Notes: generated by a model not told the origin, from the sequence alone. DNA of 64,000 bases from an uncultured Dehalococcoidia bacterium (GCA_964640295.1 CAZXFX010000015.1:32-64031); one strand, 5' to 3'. Shown: positions 41,389 to 51,508, numbered from the stretch's first letter. Translations and numbers: made by a program.

Positions 41389-43539
41389 CTATTGTCCGAC
41401 CAGTCTAATCCACTGCGGCGTTCCAACGTTGCCGTAGTGCACCGGTCGGGACGACCAGGAGGAGACTCTGTTCGGATTCACAACGACGCCTTTGGGTATC
41501 TGGTAAACGCCATTATACAACTGCCAGTACAGGATGTAGTCCGCGGTCTGCTGGTGAAGCTCTTCGCGGAATGCCTTATCCTTGGAGGAGCGAATCTCCA
41601 GGTGGTTGCTGGAGAGAACTGGGGTCTCGAAGCCAACGCCCCAGCCTGGGCGGCTCAGAGCGCTGTCCACAGGCGGATAGGGCCAGTCCTTGGGGAACTG
41701 GTTGGAGTTCACGTCGCCGTTCTTTACGACTGGGTCGAACTGAACGCGCTGACGCATTCTGGGGCTGATGACAGAGCCGTAGTCTTCGCGCTTTTCGACC
41801 ACATTCAGGCCTAGCTGCGACCACTGCGACGTAATGATGTCGGAGATTTCCAGCGTTACCTCGCCGGTTTCGGCTACATAGGACTGTAGCGTTACGTCGA
41901 ACCCGTTTGGATACCCGGCTTCGGCCAGAATCTGGGCGGCCATGTCTGGGTCGTAGGGAAGCGTCCAGGGCACGCCGTCCATCATGTCGTCAATTTCGCC
42001 TGTCGCCCAATCCATTGCGGGCGCTACCCTGTTTGGCTCCCAGCCGGGATAGAGCGGGCCCATGTACTCTGAGTAGATTGGTGTTCCGAGTCCGCCCAGC
42101 ACGACTTCGTTGATGGCATCGCGGTCAATGGACATGCCAAGCGCGAGGCGAACCTTGCGCGCTTGTTCCATGTCGGTCATTCCGGGGGGATTGTTGGTGT
42201 CCGTATAGAGGCCGGGCTTGCCCATTTCCTGCCAGGGGTCGCCGATCCACGGAATGTCCTCTTCATACGGCGGCGCCAGCCAGGGGTCAACATAGTCCGG
42301 AGCTATCGCGGTATTGCCGAGAGGCTCGCCGGTTATCGGGTGAACTTCTTCCCAGAGGTTGCCTGGATACAGTATGGACTGTCCGACGTAACCGCCGGGG
42401 AAGCTGGACAGGAAGGAGAGGCCTTCCTTAATCAGACCGGGAACCAGCTTGAAGTCGAGCGTGGCTATGTCGGCCTGGCCTGTCTTCAGCATGGCGACGC
42501 GAGAGCTATTCTCAGGAATCTGCAACTTGACGAACGTCTGGACGGTGGCAGGCTCGTTCCAGTGATCGGGAATCGCCTCTACCACGCCGCGCTCGTTGTT
42601 TACCCATTCACTCTGAACGAAGGGGCCTGTGCCGACCGCGTGGTCGCGCATCCACTCTTCGCCCATAGTGTCGAAGACGCCCTTGGAGCGAATGGAAGGA
42701 GCGGCGCCCAGAATTCCGAACTGGCTGAGCGGCAGCCCGAAGTATGTTGGGGTCTGCAAGTCCATCTCGAACGTGTGCGCGTCAATGACGCGGGATTCGC
42801 CGAACACCGCCGCGAAGTCGCCGGCGTCGCCAGACGTGGACGTCGGGTTCGTGAACGCGTTCTGCCTGTTGATGAACCAAACTACGTCCTCGGCGGTCAG
42901 TTCGCCGAAGTCCTGGCCCATAGCGTCCACGGGCGAGTTCCACGGAATTCCCTGTTTCAGTCCAATCGTAACCTTCGAGCCGTCATTATCGACTTCCCAC
43001 GAACTCGCCAGGTGCGGGTGCATGGGATTGCCCTCTTGCATGACGAACAGATATTCGGTGATGGCCAAGCCGCCAGACTGTTCCCAGTCGCGGTATGGAG
43101 CGATGGCGGGGTCTCCGATCATAGGGTTGACGAGGTTGGTAACGAAGGTGACCGTGCCGGACTGCTCTACCATTCCGGTCATTTCGTCCGGAACTGGGGT
43201 CGCTACGACGATGACCTCTTTGACCACTTCGACGACTTCAGTCTTGACGATGGTTTCGCCTGGAACCTGAACTTCCCTGACGACCTCTTTTTCTACGACG
43301 ACGGTTTCGCCAGGAACTTGTACTTCAACTTCCTTGACGACCTCTTTTTCTACGACGACGGTTTCGCCCGGAACCTGGACTTCCTTGATTACTTCTTTTT
43401 CGACAACTACGGTTTCGCCCGGAACTTCAACTTCCCTGACGACTACTTCAGGCTCGCTGCTGCAAGCTATCGCAGCCAATGCCACAAAGGCCGCAAATAG
43501 CGCAGAAAGCCATTTGCTCTTTCTCAATATCTTGGGCAC
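41389..43539 (-). CDS. oppA: Family-5 (OppA-like) ABC substrate-binding lipoprotein with N-terminal VPGETVVVEKEV repeat linker
   Basis: Lipobox LAAIACSS. Four copies of VPGETVVVEKEV(V/I)(K/R)EV, then an SBP_bac_5-like body. AGGAGG RBS before the GTG start. Confidence 0.85.
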   Translation of the reverse strand: MPKILRKSKWLSALFAAFVALAAIACSSEPEVVVREVEVPGETVVVEKEVIKEVQVPGETVVVEKEVVKEVEVQVPGETVVVEKEVVREVQVPGETIVKTEVVEVVKEVIVVATPVPDEMTGMVEQSGTVTFVTNLVNPMIGDPAIAPYRDWEQSGGLAITEYLFVMQEGNPMHPHLASSWEVDNDGSKVTIGLKQGIPWNSPVDAMGQDFGELTAEDVVWFINRQNAFTNPTSTSGDAGDFAAVFGESRVIDAHTFEMDLQTPTYFGLPLSQFGILGAAPSIRSKGVFDTMGEEWMRDHAVGTGPFVQSEWVNNERGVVEAIPDHWNEPATVQTFVKLQIPENSSRVAMLKTGQADIATLDFKLVPGLIKEGLSFLSSFPGGYVGQSILYPGNLWEEVHPITGEPLGNTAIAPDYVDPWLAPPYEEDIPWIGDPWQEMGKPGLYTDTNNPPGMTDMEQARKVRLALGMSIDRDAINEVVLGGLGTPIYSEYMGPLYPGWEPNRVAPAMDWATGEIDDMMDGVPWTLPYDPDMAAQILAEAGYPNGFDVTLQSYVAETGEVTLEISDIITSQWSQLGLNVVEKREDYGSVISPRMRQRVQFDPVVKNGDVNSNQFPKDWPYPPVDSALSRPGWGVGFETPVLSSNHLEIRSSKDKAFREELHQQTADYILYWQLYNGVYQIPKGVVVNPNRVSSWSSRPVHYGNVGTPQWIRLVGQ
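43240..43440. repeat. Coding tandem repeat (51-57-nt period) in the oppA-like 5' region
   Basis: Perfect 34-mer TGACGACCTCTTTTTCTACGACGACGGTTTCGCC at 43278-43311 and 43335-43368, plus diverged flanking copies. Confidence 0.85.
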
Positions 43540-43917
43540 TCTCTCCTCCTGAGCTTTTACTTAGACTCTAAATGGACACTGCGTCCACGAGACATCGCAT
43601 ATATCCCAGTCATACTGGAATGTTTGAGATGATTGAATCATACAGGTTTCTTTGATGTCAAATCATTCTGCTTCACTCGGCGGCTTGACCTGGCGTTGCG
43701 CATCCTTGAGCGGTTGTAGTTCGTCTGACCCAGACTCGGAAATATACAATTTCATCAACGCTGAGGTGTCCAGATAGAAGATAGGCGGGGGTTGCTCCCC
43801 GGGGTCCGCGGCGTCGCTCGGTCGAGAAGTGCAACAAACCTGTCGCGGTCAGTCGCGGTCATGCGAGTCGCTTGTCACGGCTTGCGGAAGAATCTAAACT
43901 GGCAGCCGTGAAAGCGC

Positions 43918-46900
43918 ATGATTCGTAGAATATCCAGCATTCTGTCGGCGTGGCCGATGGTACTAAAGCGCAGCGTCGCAAACTGGCGACTGCTGTCTTC
44001 CGTCATCGTCGGCGTGGTACTGGCTTCCGCTATCATGTCGGGCACGGTGATATACTTCGACTCGCTGCGCGACATCGCGCTCGACGCCGCGCTCGCGGAA
44101 AGAGAGCCGCGCGACCTGGACATCTTCGCCAAGCTGACGCGCGGGCCTACGACTCCATCCTCCTACGCCACCGCTCGCAACTATGTCGAGAGCGCGTACA
44201 GCGACACCATTGGCTGGTTTATCGAAGACGGACTGCGCGGAGGTCGGTCGGCCACCTTCTTCCTGACTCATCCAGGAGAAGAGATAGAGGCGGGCAACGA
44301 CAACGCGCGCAGCTATTTCGTATTCTTGCCGGGAATAGAGGACAAGATCGCTATTTTGCCGGGCGGAAGGACGCCGGAGCCGTTGCTCGACCCGACTGTG
44401 CGCGAGCGTTCTGGCAACGCGGACGCGGCTGTCCCCAGCGACGCTCCGCTCGATCCCGCGCTCAGGGGAGAGCCAATCAACATAGAAGCGCTGGTTCAGG
44501 AAGACGCCGCGCTCGCGTTCGGAGTGGGCGTGGGCGACACGCTCTCAGCGGTGCCTTATTGGCAGGACGCGACGCCGTATATGTCGGTCTCTATCGTCGG
44601 GCTGTTCAGCCGAAACGACCCCGACGACCTGATATGGGAATTGAACGACACGACATTCCATTCGTTCAATTCGGGCAATTTCGCGACTGTGCCGTTTCTT
44701 GTGTCGGAAGAGACGTTTCTGCGCGGAGTGGGGAAAGCGTTCCCCGATATGGACAGCACATACGGGTGGCTGTTTCTGGTAGATCCCGACAGGCTGTCCT
44801 CGGTCAACGCGACCGACGCGCTGCGTTCGGTGGTGGACATAAGGCGGAGCCTTGTGAGCGCGTTTCCGTCGTTCAGGCAGGTCACGGATTTGGACGACGC
44901 GCTGCGCGACTACGACCGGCGACTGCTGTTTTCCAAGTTGCAGATGTTCGTGGTTTTAATTCTCATAGCCATAGTCGTTTTGTACTACGTGGTAACCCTT
45001 TCATCTCTGGTCGCCGAGCAGCGCAGGAGCGAGATACATCTTTTGCAGGGACGCGGCGCCGCCGACAGTCAAACGCTGACGGTATTCGTCTTGGAGGGCG
45101 CGACAATCGCAATTCTCGCTATCGCGACCGCCCCGTTCCTTGCCGGGCTGGCGATAAGCCTTCTGGGATACACGCCCGCCTTTTCGGACCTGAGCGGCGG
45201 CGAGCGACTTTCAGTGAATCTGACCAGAGGCGCGTTCATAATGAGCGCGATTGGCGGGATTCTCAGTTTCGGCGCCCTTATGATACCCGCCTTCGCGTCC
45301 TCGCGCTCTTCGGTCTCGAGAGACCGGCAAGAAGCGGCGCGACCGTCGGCGTTGTCGTTCTTTCAGCGCTACTATCTGGATGTCATGCTTCTCATACTGG
45401 GACTCGTACTGTTCAGGCAGCTTACCGAGCAGGGGTCTTTGGCGGCGCGGGACCTGCTCGGGGAAGTCGTCGTGAACCAGCTTCTGCTCGCTGTTCCCGG
45501 CATAACGCTAATTGCCGCGGCGATGGTACTGCTCAGGCTGTTCCCTGTCGTGATGGGGCTGGCAAGCCGCGCGCTCGCGCCGCGCCTGCCGCCCGGCGTC
45601 GTTCTTGGACTGTGGCAGATGGCGCGCAACCCCACGCATTACTCGCGGCTGGCGCTTCTCCTCATACTGATGGCGGGGCTCGGCATATTCGCGGCCAGTT
45701 TTGGCGGAACTCTCCAGCGCAGTTTCACCGAGCGCGTACTCTATTCTACGGGCGCGGATATACGCCTGGAGAGCGTCTCAGTGAACAGGACAGGTTCGAC
45801 GAAGCCGCTGCTAGATCCGTATGACAGGATGGAAGAAATCGAAGGGGCGGCGCCGGTCCTGCGCGGAAGAGGCTCGGTTCTCTCGCTCAGATTCGGCGAC
45901 ACCTCCTACGATATGCTGGCCGTCGACCCTGATAGGTTTTCCGACGTGGCGTGGTACAGAGAAGACTTTTCGGAGGAGCCGCTTCCGGCCGTCATGGAGC
46001 GGCTCAAGGGAGGTGAAATACCGCTTGGGATCGCGTTGCCGGAACGCGCTCGCGCAGTTCAGGCTCTCGTGAAGGCGGACAGGTCGCATCCAACTGTGGC
46101 AATGTCGGTTCGGGTACGCGACGCCAACGGACGCTATTTCACATATAGACTGGGACTCCTGGAGTCCAGTTCATGGCGGCTGTACGACGGGGAACTCGCC
46201 AATCGGCGCAATCCAAGATTCAGTCTGCTGCCGAAACGTCCGTTTACGTTGGTTTCGCTCATGCTGAACGAGACGGATTTGGAGCGTTCCATGGCCTCCG
46301 GCTCCATTCTGATAGACACGCTTCGCGTTCGGATGTCCAGCGGCGAGACGCGGACGCTGGACAAGTTCAGAGACATAGAGGGCTGGCGCGTTCTGAAAGA
46401 AACGGGCAATTCCGCCAGAGACAGGACGCGATGGTCGGAGGTGTCGGCGCGCGGAGACGGCTCACTGATGTTCGCATGGCATGGTGGAAGCGCGTTCGTC
46501 TCGCGCGGCATATTCGCGGGAGATGGCGCAGACCCTGTGCCTGTTGTGGCGAGTGAGTCGTTCACGCGCGAGTTTGGGTACTCGGCGGGAGACGAGTTTC
46601 TCATGTCCGTGAATGGGCGGCGTATGGAAGCGGTTATGGCCGGCGAGGTGGACTTCTTTCCCACGCTCGACAGCTACAATGACAAGTTCCTGATAGCGGA
46701 CCTGGAGTCGGTCGTTACATACGCGAACCTCGGACTGACCCGTTCAGAGATAACCCCGAATGAGTTGTGGCTTCGGACGAGCGCGACGGGCGAAGCGCGC
46801 GAGAGCTTGGTGGGGTATTTCGAGTCGGACAGACCTTTTCAGGTAAGCGGAGTGATTGATACGGAGACTGACCTGCGGGAGGCGCGGCTAGACCCGCTCG

Positions 46901-47334
46901 TGATCGCGGGCTGGCGCGCGCTTCTGCTCATAGCGTTCGGAGCCATACTGATACTGAGCGCGCTCGGGTTTTTGGTTCACGCCTATATATCGTTCAGAAA
47001 CAGGGAACTGCAATTCGCGCTCATGCGAACGATGGGGTTCTCCACGCGCCAACTGGTATCGCTGATGTGGGTCGAGCAGGCTCTGGTGATAATCGTGGGC
47101 ATTGCGCTCGGAACATGGATGGGAGGTCGTCTGGGCGCGAGCGTAATGCCATTCCTCGGCTACGACGACCGCGGCGCTCAGGCGCTGCCCCCCTTCGTGA
47201 TAGAAGTGGGCTGGCAGAACCTGCTCGTCACATACCTTGCCATGGCGATCATATTCACCGTCATCATTCTGGGCGTTATCTGGTTCATACGCCGAATGTC
47301 GCTCAGCCGGGTTCTGAGGCTGGGAGACGGGTAA
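43918..47334 (+). CDS. Large FtsX/MacB-type ABC permease with two FtsX domains (1138 aa)
   Basis: Two FtsX-like 4-TM modules, around QRRSEIHLLQGRGAADSQTLTVFVLEGATIAIL and NRELQFALMRTMGFSTRQLVSLMWVEQALVIIVG, separated by large extracytoplasmic regions. Confidence 0.7.
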   Translation: MIRRISSILSAWPMVLKRSVANWRLLSSVIVGVVLASAIMSGTVIYFDSLRDIALDAALAEREPRDLDIFAKLTRGPTTPSSYATARNYVESAYSDTIGWFIEDGLRGGRSATFFLTHPGEEIEAGNDNARSYFVFLPGIEDKIAILPGGRTPEPLLDPTVRERSGNADAAVPSDAPLDPALRGEPINIEALVQEDAALAFGVGVGDTLSAVPYWQDATPYMSVSIVGLFSRNDPDDLIWELNDTTFHSFNSGNFATVPFLVSEETFLRGVGKAFPDMDSTYGWLFLVDPDRLSSVNATDALRSVVDIRRSLVSAFPSFRQVTDLDDALRDYDRRLLFSKLQMFVVLILIAIVVLYYVVTLSSLVAEQRRSEIHLLQGRGAADSQTLTVFVLEGATIAILAIATAPFLAGLAISLLGYTPAFSDLSGGERLSVNLTRGAFIMSAIGGILSFGALMIPAFASSRSSVSRDRQEAARPSALSFFQRYYLDVMLLILGLVLFRQLTEQGSLAARDLLGEVVVNQLLLAVPGITLIAAAMVLLRLFPVVMGLASRALAPRLPPGVVLGLWQMARNPTHYSRLALLLILMAGLGIFAASFGGTLQRSFTERVLYSTGADIRLESVSVNRTGSTKPLLDPYDRMEEIEGAAPVLRGRGSVLSLRFGDTSYDMLAVDPDRFSDVAWYREDFSEEPLPAVMERLKGGEIPLGIALPERARAVQALVKADRSHPTVAMSVRVRDANGRYFTYRLGLLESSSWRLYDGELANRRNPRFSLLPKRPFTLVSLMLNETDLERSMASGSILIDTLRVRMSSGETRTLDKFRDIEGWRVLKETGNSARDRTRWSEVSARGDGSLMFAWHGGSAFVSRGIFAGDGADPVPVVASESFTREFGYSAGDEFLMSVNGRRMEAVMAGEVDFFPTLDSYNDKFLIADLESVVTYANLGLTRSEITPNELWLRTSATGEARESLVGYFESDRPFQVSGVIDTETDLREARLDPLVIAGWRALLLIAFGAILILSALGFLVHAYISFRNRELQFALMRTMGFSTRQLVSLMWVEQALVIIVGIALGTWMGGRLGASVMPFLGYDDRGAQALPPFVIEVGWQNLLVTYLAMAIIFTVIILGVIWFIRRMSLSRVLRLGDG

Positions 47335-47363
47335 TTCGCTCTGTCCTCGGCGAAGTGGCTTGA

Positions 47364-47392
47364 TTGACACCATATAGGGGCGTTGCTACACT
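47364..47392 (+). promoter_or_regulatory. nuo operon promoter TTGACA-N17-TACACT containing the 15-mer ATAGGGGCGTTGCTA
   Basis: -35 at 47364-47369 and -10 at 47387-47392. The 15-mer at 47374-47388 is repeated exactly at 48944-48958. Confidence 0.6.
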
Positions 47393-47471
47393 GAACTTGC
47401 TTCTTGGGCGGCTAAATTCGAGCCTCGATCTTCAATGAGAATCGTTGCGAAGCTAATCGCCTCTTCCCGCG

Positions 47472-47879
47472 ATGCGCCGCGTCGCTGAAAACAACTACGG
47501 AGAAACGCAATTGCCGGAAGGCTATGATGTCAACTGGATAGCCGTGCTGCTGGTCGCCGGGGTCGGTCTGGCAGCCTTGGGCGCGCTGTTCGGCGTTTCG
47601 TACATCATTGCGCCCAGACGCTACTCAGAGCGAAAAGAGATACCCTACGAGTGTGGAATTCCGCCCGCTCCCTTTACGTGGTCTCAGATAAACATCAGGT
47701 ACTACGCGTTCGCCATTCTGTTCTTGATATTCGACGTGGAGGCGGTATTTCTGTTCCCGTGGGCGATAGTCTTTCTGGACACGATTCCGGCCGTCTTCTA
47801 TGAGATGCTCATATTCATAGCCATCCTGTTCTTTGGAATCATCTATGGATGGCGCAAGGGAGCGCTCCAATGGAGATGA
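47472..47879 (+). CDS. nuoA: NADH-quinone oxidoreductase subunit A
   Basis: YECGIPP...[26 protein letters not shown]. Confidence 0.9.
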   Translation: MRRVAENNYGETQLPEGYDVNWIAVLLVAGVGLAALGALFGVSYIIAPRRYSERKEIPYECGIPPAPFTWSQINIRYYAFAILFLIFDVEAVFLFPWAIVFLDTIPAVFYEMLIFIAILFFGIIYGWRKGALQWR

Positions 47880-48409
47880 ATCTGGGAGAGGGTTATCGGC
47901 CCGGACAGGGGAATACGCCCGCCGACAGCATCTTCAATCAGGCTCTTCCCAACGCGCTTACAGCCAAGTCGGACGAACTGTTCGCGCTCGCCCGCAAGAA
48001 TTCGCTCTGGACGCTCTCTTTCGGGTTGGCTTGCTGCGCCATCGAGATGATAAGCGCGCATATGTCCCACCACGACCTGGACAGGTTCGGAGTGGTGACG
48101 TGGCCATCCCCCAGGCAGGCGGACGTGATGATAGTGGCGGGAACCGTGGTCAAGAAGATGGCCGATCCGATTAAGTTGCTGTACGAACAGATGCCTGATC
48201 CCAAGTGGGTAATCGCCATGGGCAGTTGCGCCACCAACGGCGGGCCGTATTACCGATCCTACTCGGTTGTCATGGGCGTTGATCACCTCATTCCCGTTGA
48301 CGTGTATGTGCCTGGATGTCCGCCCCGGCCTGAGGCGCTCATGCACGGGATAATGCAACTGCAAGAGAAGATCCAAAAGGACGCGGATCAGAATGGCGCG
48401 ACGGGCTAG
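47849..48409 (+). CDS. nuoB: NADH-quinone oxidoreductase subunit B
   Basis: [30 protein letters not shown], and [11 protein letters not shown]. The start may be the ATG at 47870. Confidence 0.9.
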   Translation: MAQGSAPMEMNLGEGYRPGQGNTPADSIFNQALPNALTAKSDELFALARKNSLWTLSFGLACCAIEMISAHMSHHDLDRFGVVTWPSPRQADVMIVAGTVVKKMADPIKLLYEQMPDPKWVIAMGSCATNGGPYYRSYSVVMGVDHLIPVDVYVPGCPPRPEALMHGIMQLQEKIQKDADQNGATG

Positions 48410-48920
48410 ACGCGAGCCGCGCATTCCCGAAGCGCCCCCCGCTCTGGACTCGGTGGGGGAGAATCTGGCGTCGCTTGTCCTGGAGATATTCGGAGCCGGT
48501 TTCGAGGCGGAGGTCGGCGCCGCGGTTGACGAGGTTACGCTGACCATTAGCCCTGAAGACGTTCCCGCCGTCTGCGATATTTGCAAGAATGACCCCAGGC
48601 TGAAGTTCGACTACCTTCGATGCCTGTCCGTGGTGGATTATGTCGAGGGTTCAGGCGAGTTCGAGGTCAACTATCACCTGTACTCTCTGGATTTCCGCCA
48701 CAAGATGGTGGTCAAGACTCGATTGCCTGAGGACGCGCCCGTCGTCCGGAGCGTAGTGGGCGTGTGGACGGGCGCAGACTGGTTCGAGCGTGAGAGCAAC
48801 GATTTGTTCGGCGTCGTATTCGAAGGGCATCCGAATCTCGCTCCGCTATTGCTTTACGAGGGGTTCGAGGGATATCCGGGGCGCAAGAGCTTTCCATTCC
48901 ACGACTATGACGAATGGTAG
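48393..48920 (+). CDS. nuoC: NADH-quinone oxidoreductase subunit C
   Basis: [25 protein letters not shown]...[17 protein letters not shown]. Confidence 0.85.
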   Translation: MARRARREPRIPEAPPALDSVGENLASLVLEIFGAGFEAEVGAAVDEVTLTISPEDVPAVCDICKNDPRLKFDYLRCLSVVDYVEGSGEFEVNYHLYSLDFRHKMVVKTRLPEDAPVVRSVVGVWTGADWFERESNDLFGVVFEGHPNLAPLLLYEGFEGYPGRKSFPFHDYDEW

Positions 48921-48943
48921 AATGCATTGAGATCTGTTGCCGG

Positions 48944-48958
48944 ATAGGGGCGTTGCTA
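48944..48958 (+). promoter_or_regulatory. Second exact copy of ATAGGGGCGTTGCTA, in the 105-nt nuoC-nuoD gap
   Basis: Identical 15-mer to 47374-47388. Followed by TATGAC (a -10-like sequence). Confidence 0.5.
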
Positions 48959-49025
48959 TGACAAAGGTGATATATAGAGACAGATATTTTCGATTGCTTG
49001 ACCAAGTTTGATAGTTTGCCGAATT

Positions 49026-50150
49026 ATGCAGATACAAGAACAAATTGCAGAGCAAGGCGACGCTATTGATCTGATGATCAATATGGGGCCGCAGCATCCC
49101 TCCACTCACGGGGTCTTTCGGCTCGTGATCTGGGTGGACGGGGAGAAGATAGCGCGCTCCGAGTCGCACATCGGCTATCTGCACCGCGGCTCCGAGAAGT
49201 TGTGCGAGGGTGAACAGTACGCGCAAATAATCACGCTTTTTGACCGCCTCGACTATGTGGCGAATCTGAATGGGGAACTCGCCATCTGCATGGCTGTCGA
49301 GAAGTTGATGGGGCTCGAGGTTCCTGAGAGGGCCGAATACATTCGCGTCATACTGTGCGAACTGAATCGCATCGCCAGCCACATGATGTTCTACGGCGTC
49401 TATGGATTGGACGCTGGCGCCATGACCCCGGTTCTGTATGGCTTCCGGGAGCGCGAGCGGATTCAGGCGCTGTTCGAATCCGTGACCGGCGCGCGCATGA
49501 TGCACAACTATTTTCGCATAGGCGGCGTCAATGAAGACCTCCCCGAAGACTTTTACGCCAAGATGGGCGTACTTATGGACCAGCTAGAGCGCGGCATAGA
49601 GGAGTGCGACGAACTACTCAGCCAGAACGAAATGTTCCTTGCCAGAACCAAGGGCATAGGCGTCATATCCGCGGCGGAGGCGATTGACTTTGGCGTCTCC
49701 GGACCCTCGCTCCGCGCCAGCGGCGTTCCCGAGGACATTCGCGTATCAGAACCGTACTCTATATATGACCGATTCGATTTCGGAATACCCGTAGCGTCTC
49801 AGGGTGACTGCTGGGACCGATACTATGTACGCGTCGAGGAGATGCGGCAGTCCCTGAGTATCATAAGGCAGGCTATGCGAGATATGCCGGGAGGAGAGAT
49901 AGCCGCGAATGTGCGGCGAATAGCGAGGCCGCCAAAAGGCGAGGTTTACATTCGCACGGAATCGCCGCGCGGCGACTTCGGCGTGTTTCTGGTGAGCGAC
50001 GGCAGCGACAAGCCGTACAGAGTCAAGGCGCGCGCGCCGTCGTTTTGCAACCTGCAGGCGCTTCAAGCGATGCTCAGAGACGCATATATCGCGGACGCGG
50101 TGCTGATTCTTGGCTCGATAGACATCGTTCTGGGCGAGGTGGACCGTTGA
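49026..50150 (+). CDS. nuoD: NADH-quinone oxidoreductase subunit D
   Basis: NMGPQHPSTHGVFRL, YLHRGSEKL, DIVLGEVDR. Confidence 0.9.
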   Translation: MQIQEQIAEQGDAIDLMINMGPQHPSTHGVFRLVIWVDGEKIARSESHIGYLHRGSEKLCEGEQYAQIITLFDRLDYVANLNGELAICMAVEKLMGLEVPERAEYIRVILCELNRIASHMMFYGVYGLDAGAMTPVLYGFRERERIQALFESVTGARMMHNYFRIGGVNEDLPEDFYAKMGVLMDQLERGIEECDELLSQNEMFLARTKGIGVISAAEAIDFGVSGPSLRASGVPEDIRVSEPYSIYDRFDFGIPVASQGDCWDRYYVRVEEMRQSLSIIRQAMRDMPGGEIAANVRRIARPPKGEVYIRTESPRGDFGVFLVSDGSDKPYRVKARAPSFCNLQALQAMLRDAYIADAVLILGSIDIVLGEVDR

Positions 50151-51262
50151 ACATCTCTCAGATCGCGCTCTACGCGCTTGGCGGAGTCGCGCTGCTATCA
50201 TTCCTGTCGCTCATCGTGCTGATCATCACATGGGCGGAGCGCAAGGCGCTCGCCAGAATACAGATGCGCATGGGACCTATGCGTGTCGGATTCCACGGAA
50301 CGCTCCAGCCGATAGCGGACGGCATCAAGCTGTTCACCAAGGAAGACATACTACCCTCCTGGGCCGACAGGCGAATATACTGGATGGCTCCGGTGGCAGT
50401 CTTCATACCGTCTCTTCTACTGTGGGTCACGCTTCCAGTCGCGCGAGACCTCGTTTTGCGAAACCTCGACCTTGGTCTCTTCTATATTACCGCCATATCG
50501 GTGCTGTCGGTGATGGGCCTAATAATGGCCGGCTGGGGATCGGCGAATAAATACGCGATATTGGGCGGACTGCGCGCCGCCGGGCAACTGGTCAGCTACG
50601 AAATACCGTTCATCATGGCGATATTGGGGGTGGCGATGCTGGCGCAGTCGCTCGACCTCACCGTCGTCGTAGATGGACAGGCGAAATACGGATACGCGCT
50701 CGTTCAGCCGCTGGGCCTGTTCCTGTTCCTTACCGCCGGACTGGCTGAACTTGGCCGCACGCCGTTCGATATACATCACGCCGAGTCTGAAGTGGTAGGC
50801 GGTCCATTCGTGGAATATAGTGGAGCGCACTGGGCGGCGTTCTTTCTTGCCGAGTATCTCAACACGTTCACCATCGCCGCTCTAACCGTTCTGCTATTCC
50901 TGGGCGGTTGGCGATGGCCCGAGATGCCTCTGGACGGGCTGGCTCATTCCACGCTTTCCGCAATCTGGTTCATGTTGAAGACAGCGCTCGTGATATGGGT
51001 CATCTTCTGGATACGGGGCACGTATCCCAGGCTTCGGATAGACCAGCTTATGTCCTTTGGATGGAAGATACTCGTTCCACTGTCCTTCCTGAATATAGTC
51101 GCCACTGGGATAGTTCTCTTCTACGGATTGCCGATTTGGGTATTGACCGTCATATCTCTGGTATTATTGATGGGAACGGCGTACATCATATTCCGCGCGC
51201 CTCGCGCAAAGACCGAGCGAGAGACGGTAACGGTGTATTCCGCGAGCAGCCTGCGGCGGTAG
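50147..51262 (+). CDS. nuoH: NADH-quinone oxidoreductase subunit H
   Basis: ITWAERKALARIQMRMGP...LQPIADGIKLFTKED. The TTG start overlaps the nuoD stop (TTGA). Confidence 0.9.
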   Translation: MNISQIALYALGGVALLSFLSLIVLIITWAERKALARIQMRMGPMRVGFHGTLQPIADGIKLFTKEDILPSWADRRIYWMAPVAVFIPSLLLWVTLPVARDLVLRNLDLGLFYITAISVLSVMGLIMAGWGSANKYAILGGLRAAGQLVSYEIPFIMAILGVAMLAQSLDLTVVVDGQAKYGYALVQPLGLFLFLTAGLAELGRTPFDIHHAESEVVGGPFVEYSGAHWAAFFLAEYLNTFTIAALTVLLFLGGWRWPEMPLDGLAHSTLSAIWFMLKTALVIWVIFWIRGTYPRLRIDQLMSFGWKILVPLSFLNIVATGIVLFYGLPIWVLTVISLVLLMGTAYIIFRAPRAKTERETVTVYSASSLRR

Positions 51263-51280
51263 ATCAAGGGAGAGCGCATT

Positions 51281-51508
51281 GTGGTGGCTACCGGAGACCG
51301 AATAGGTAGAGTTGAAGATAAGGTGGACAGCCTGGAAGCCAATGTGGATGGTTTGCATGGTTGCGTTGGTCGCATAGAGGGCGTTCAGGAGCAGATGAGC
51401 AAACGCCTCGACGATGTTCACAAGCTTCTCATTACGCTGATAACTATTGGCGTCGGCGGACTGATAGTGGCAGTGGTTAGTCTCGTATTGCAATTGGTCA
51501 AGCAATGA
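51281..51508 (+). CDS. Small coiled-coil + C-terminal TM protein inserted between nuoH and nuoI
   Basis: 75 aa: VEDKVDSLEANVDGLHGCVGRIEGVQEQMSKRLDDVHK followed by the TM LLITLITIGVGGLIVAVVSLVLQLV. AAGGGAG RBS lies 6 nt before the GTG. The stop overlaps the nuoI start (ATGA). Confidence 0.6.
   Translation: MVATGDRIGRVEDKVDSLEANVDGLHGCVGRIEGVQEQMSKRLDDVHKLLITLITIGVGGLIVAVVSLVLQLVKQ

Noticed and set aside
42163-43500. 445-aa ORF antisense to the oppA-like gene. Similar long antisense ORFs occur at 16551..17435, 53113..53913, 15352..16098 and 20496..21293.
   Set aside because: They are antisense shadows of well-supported genes, with no motifs and skewed composition.
43950-45824. 624-aa ORF (+) overlapping the FtsX permease gene in another frame
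   Set aside because: Its extreme Arg/Gly/Ala-rich composition is typical of an off-frame read of GC-rich coding DNA. The overlapping 1138-aa frame has clear FtsX-type TM architecture.
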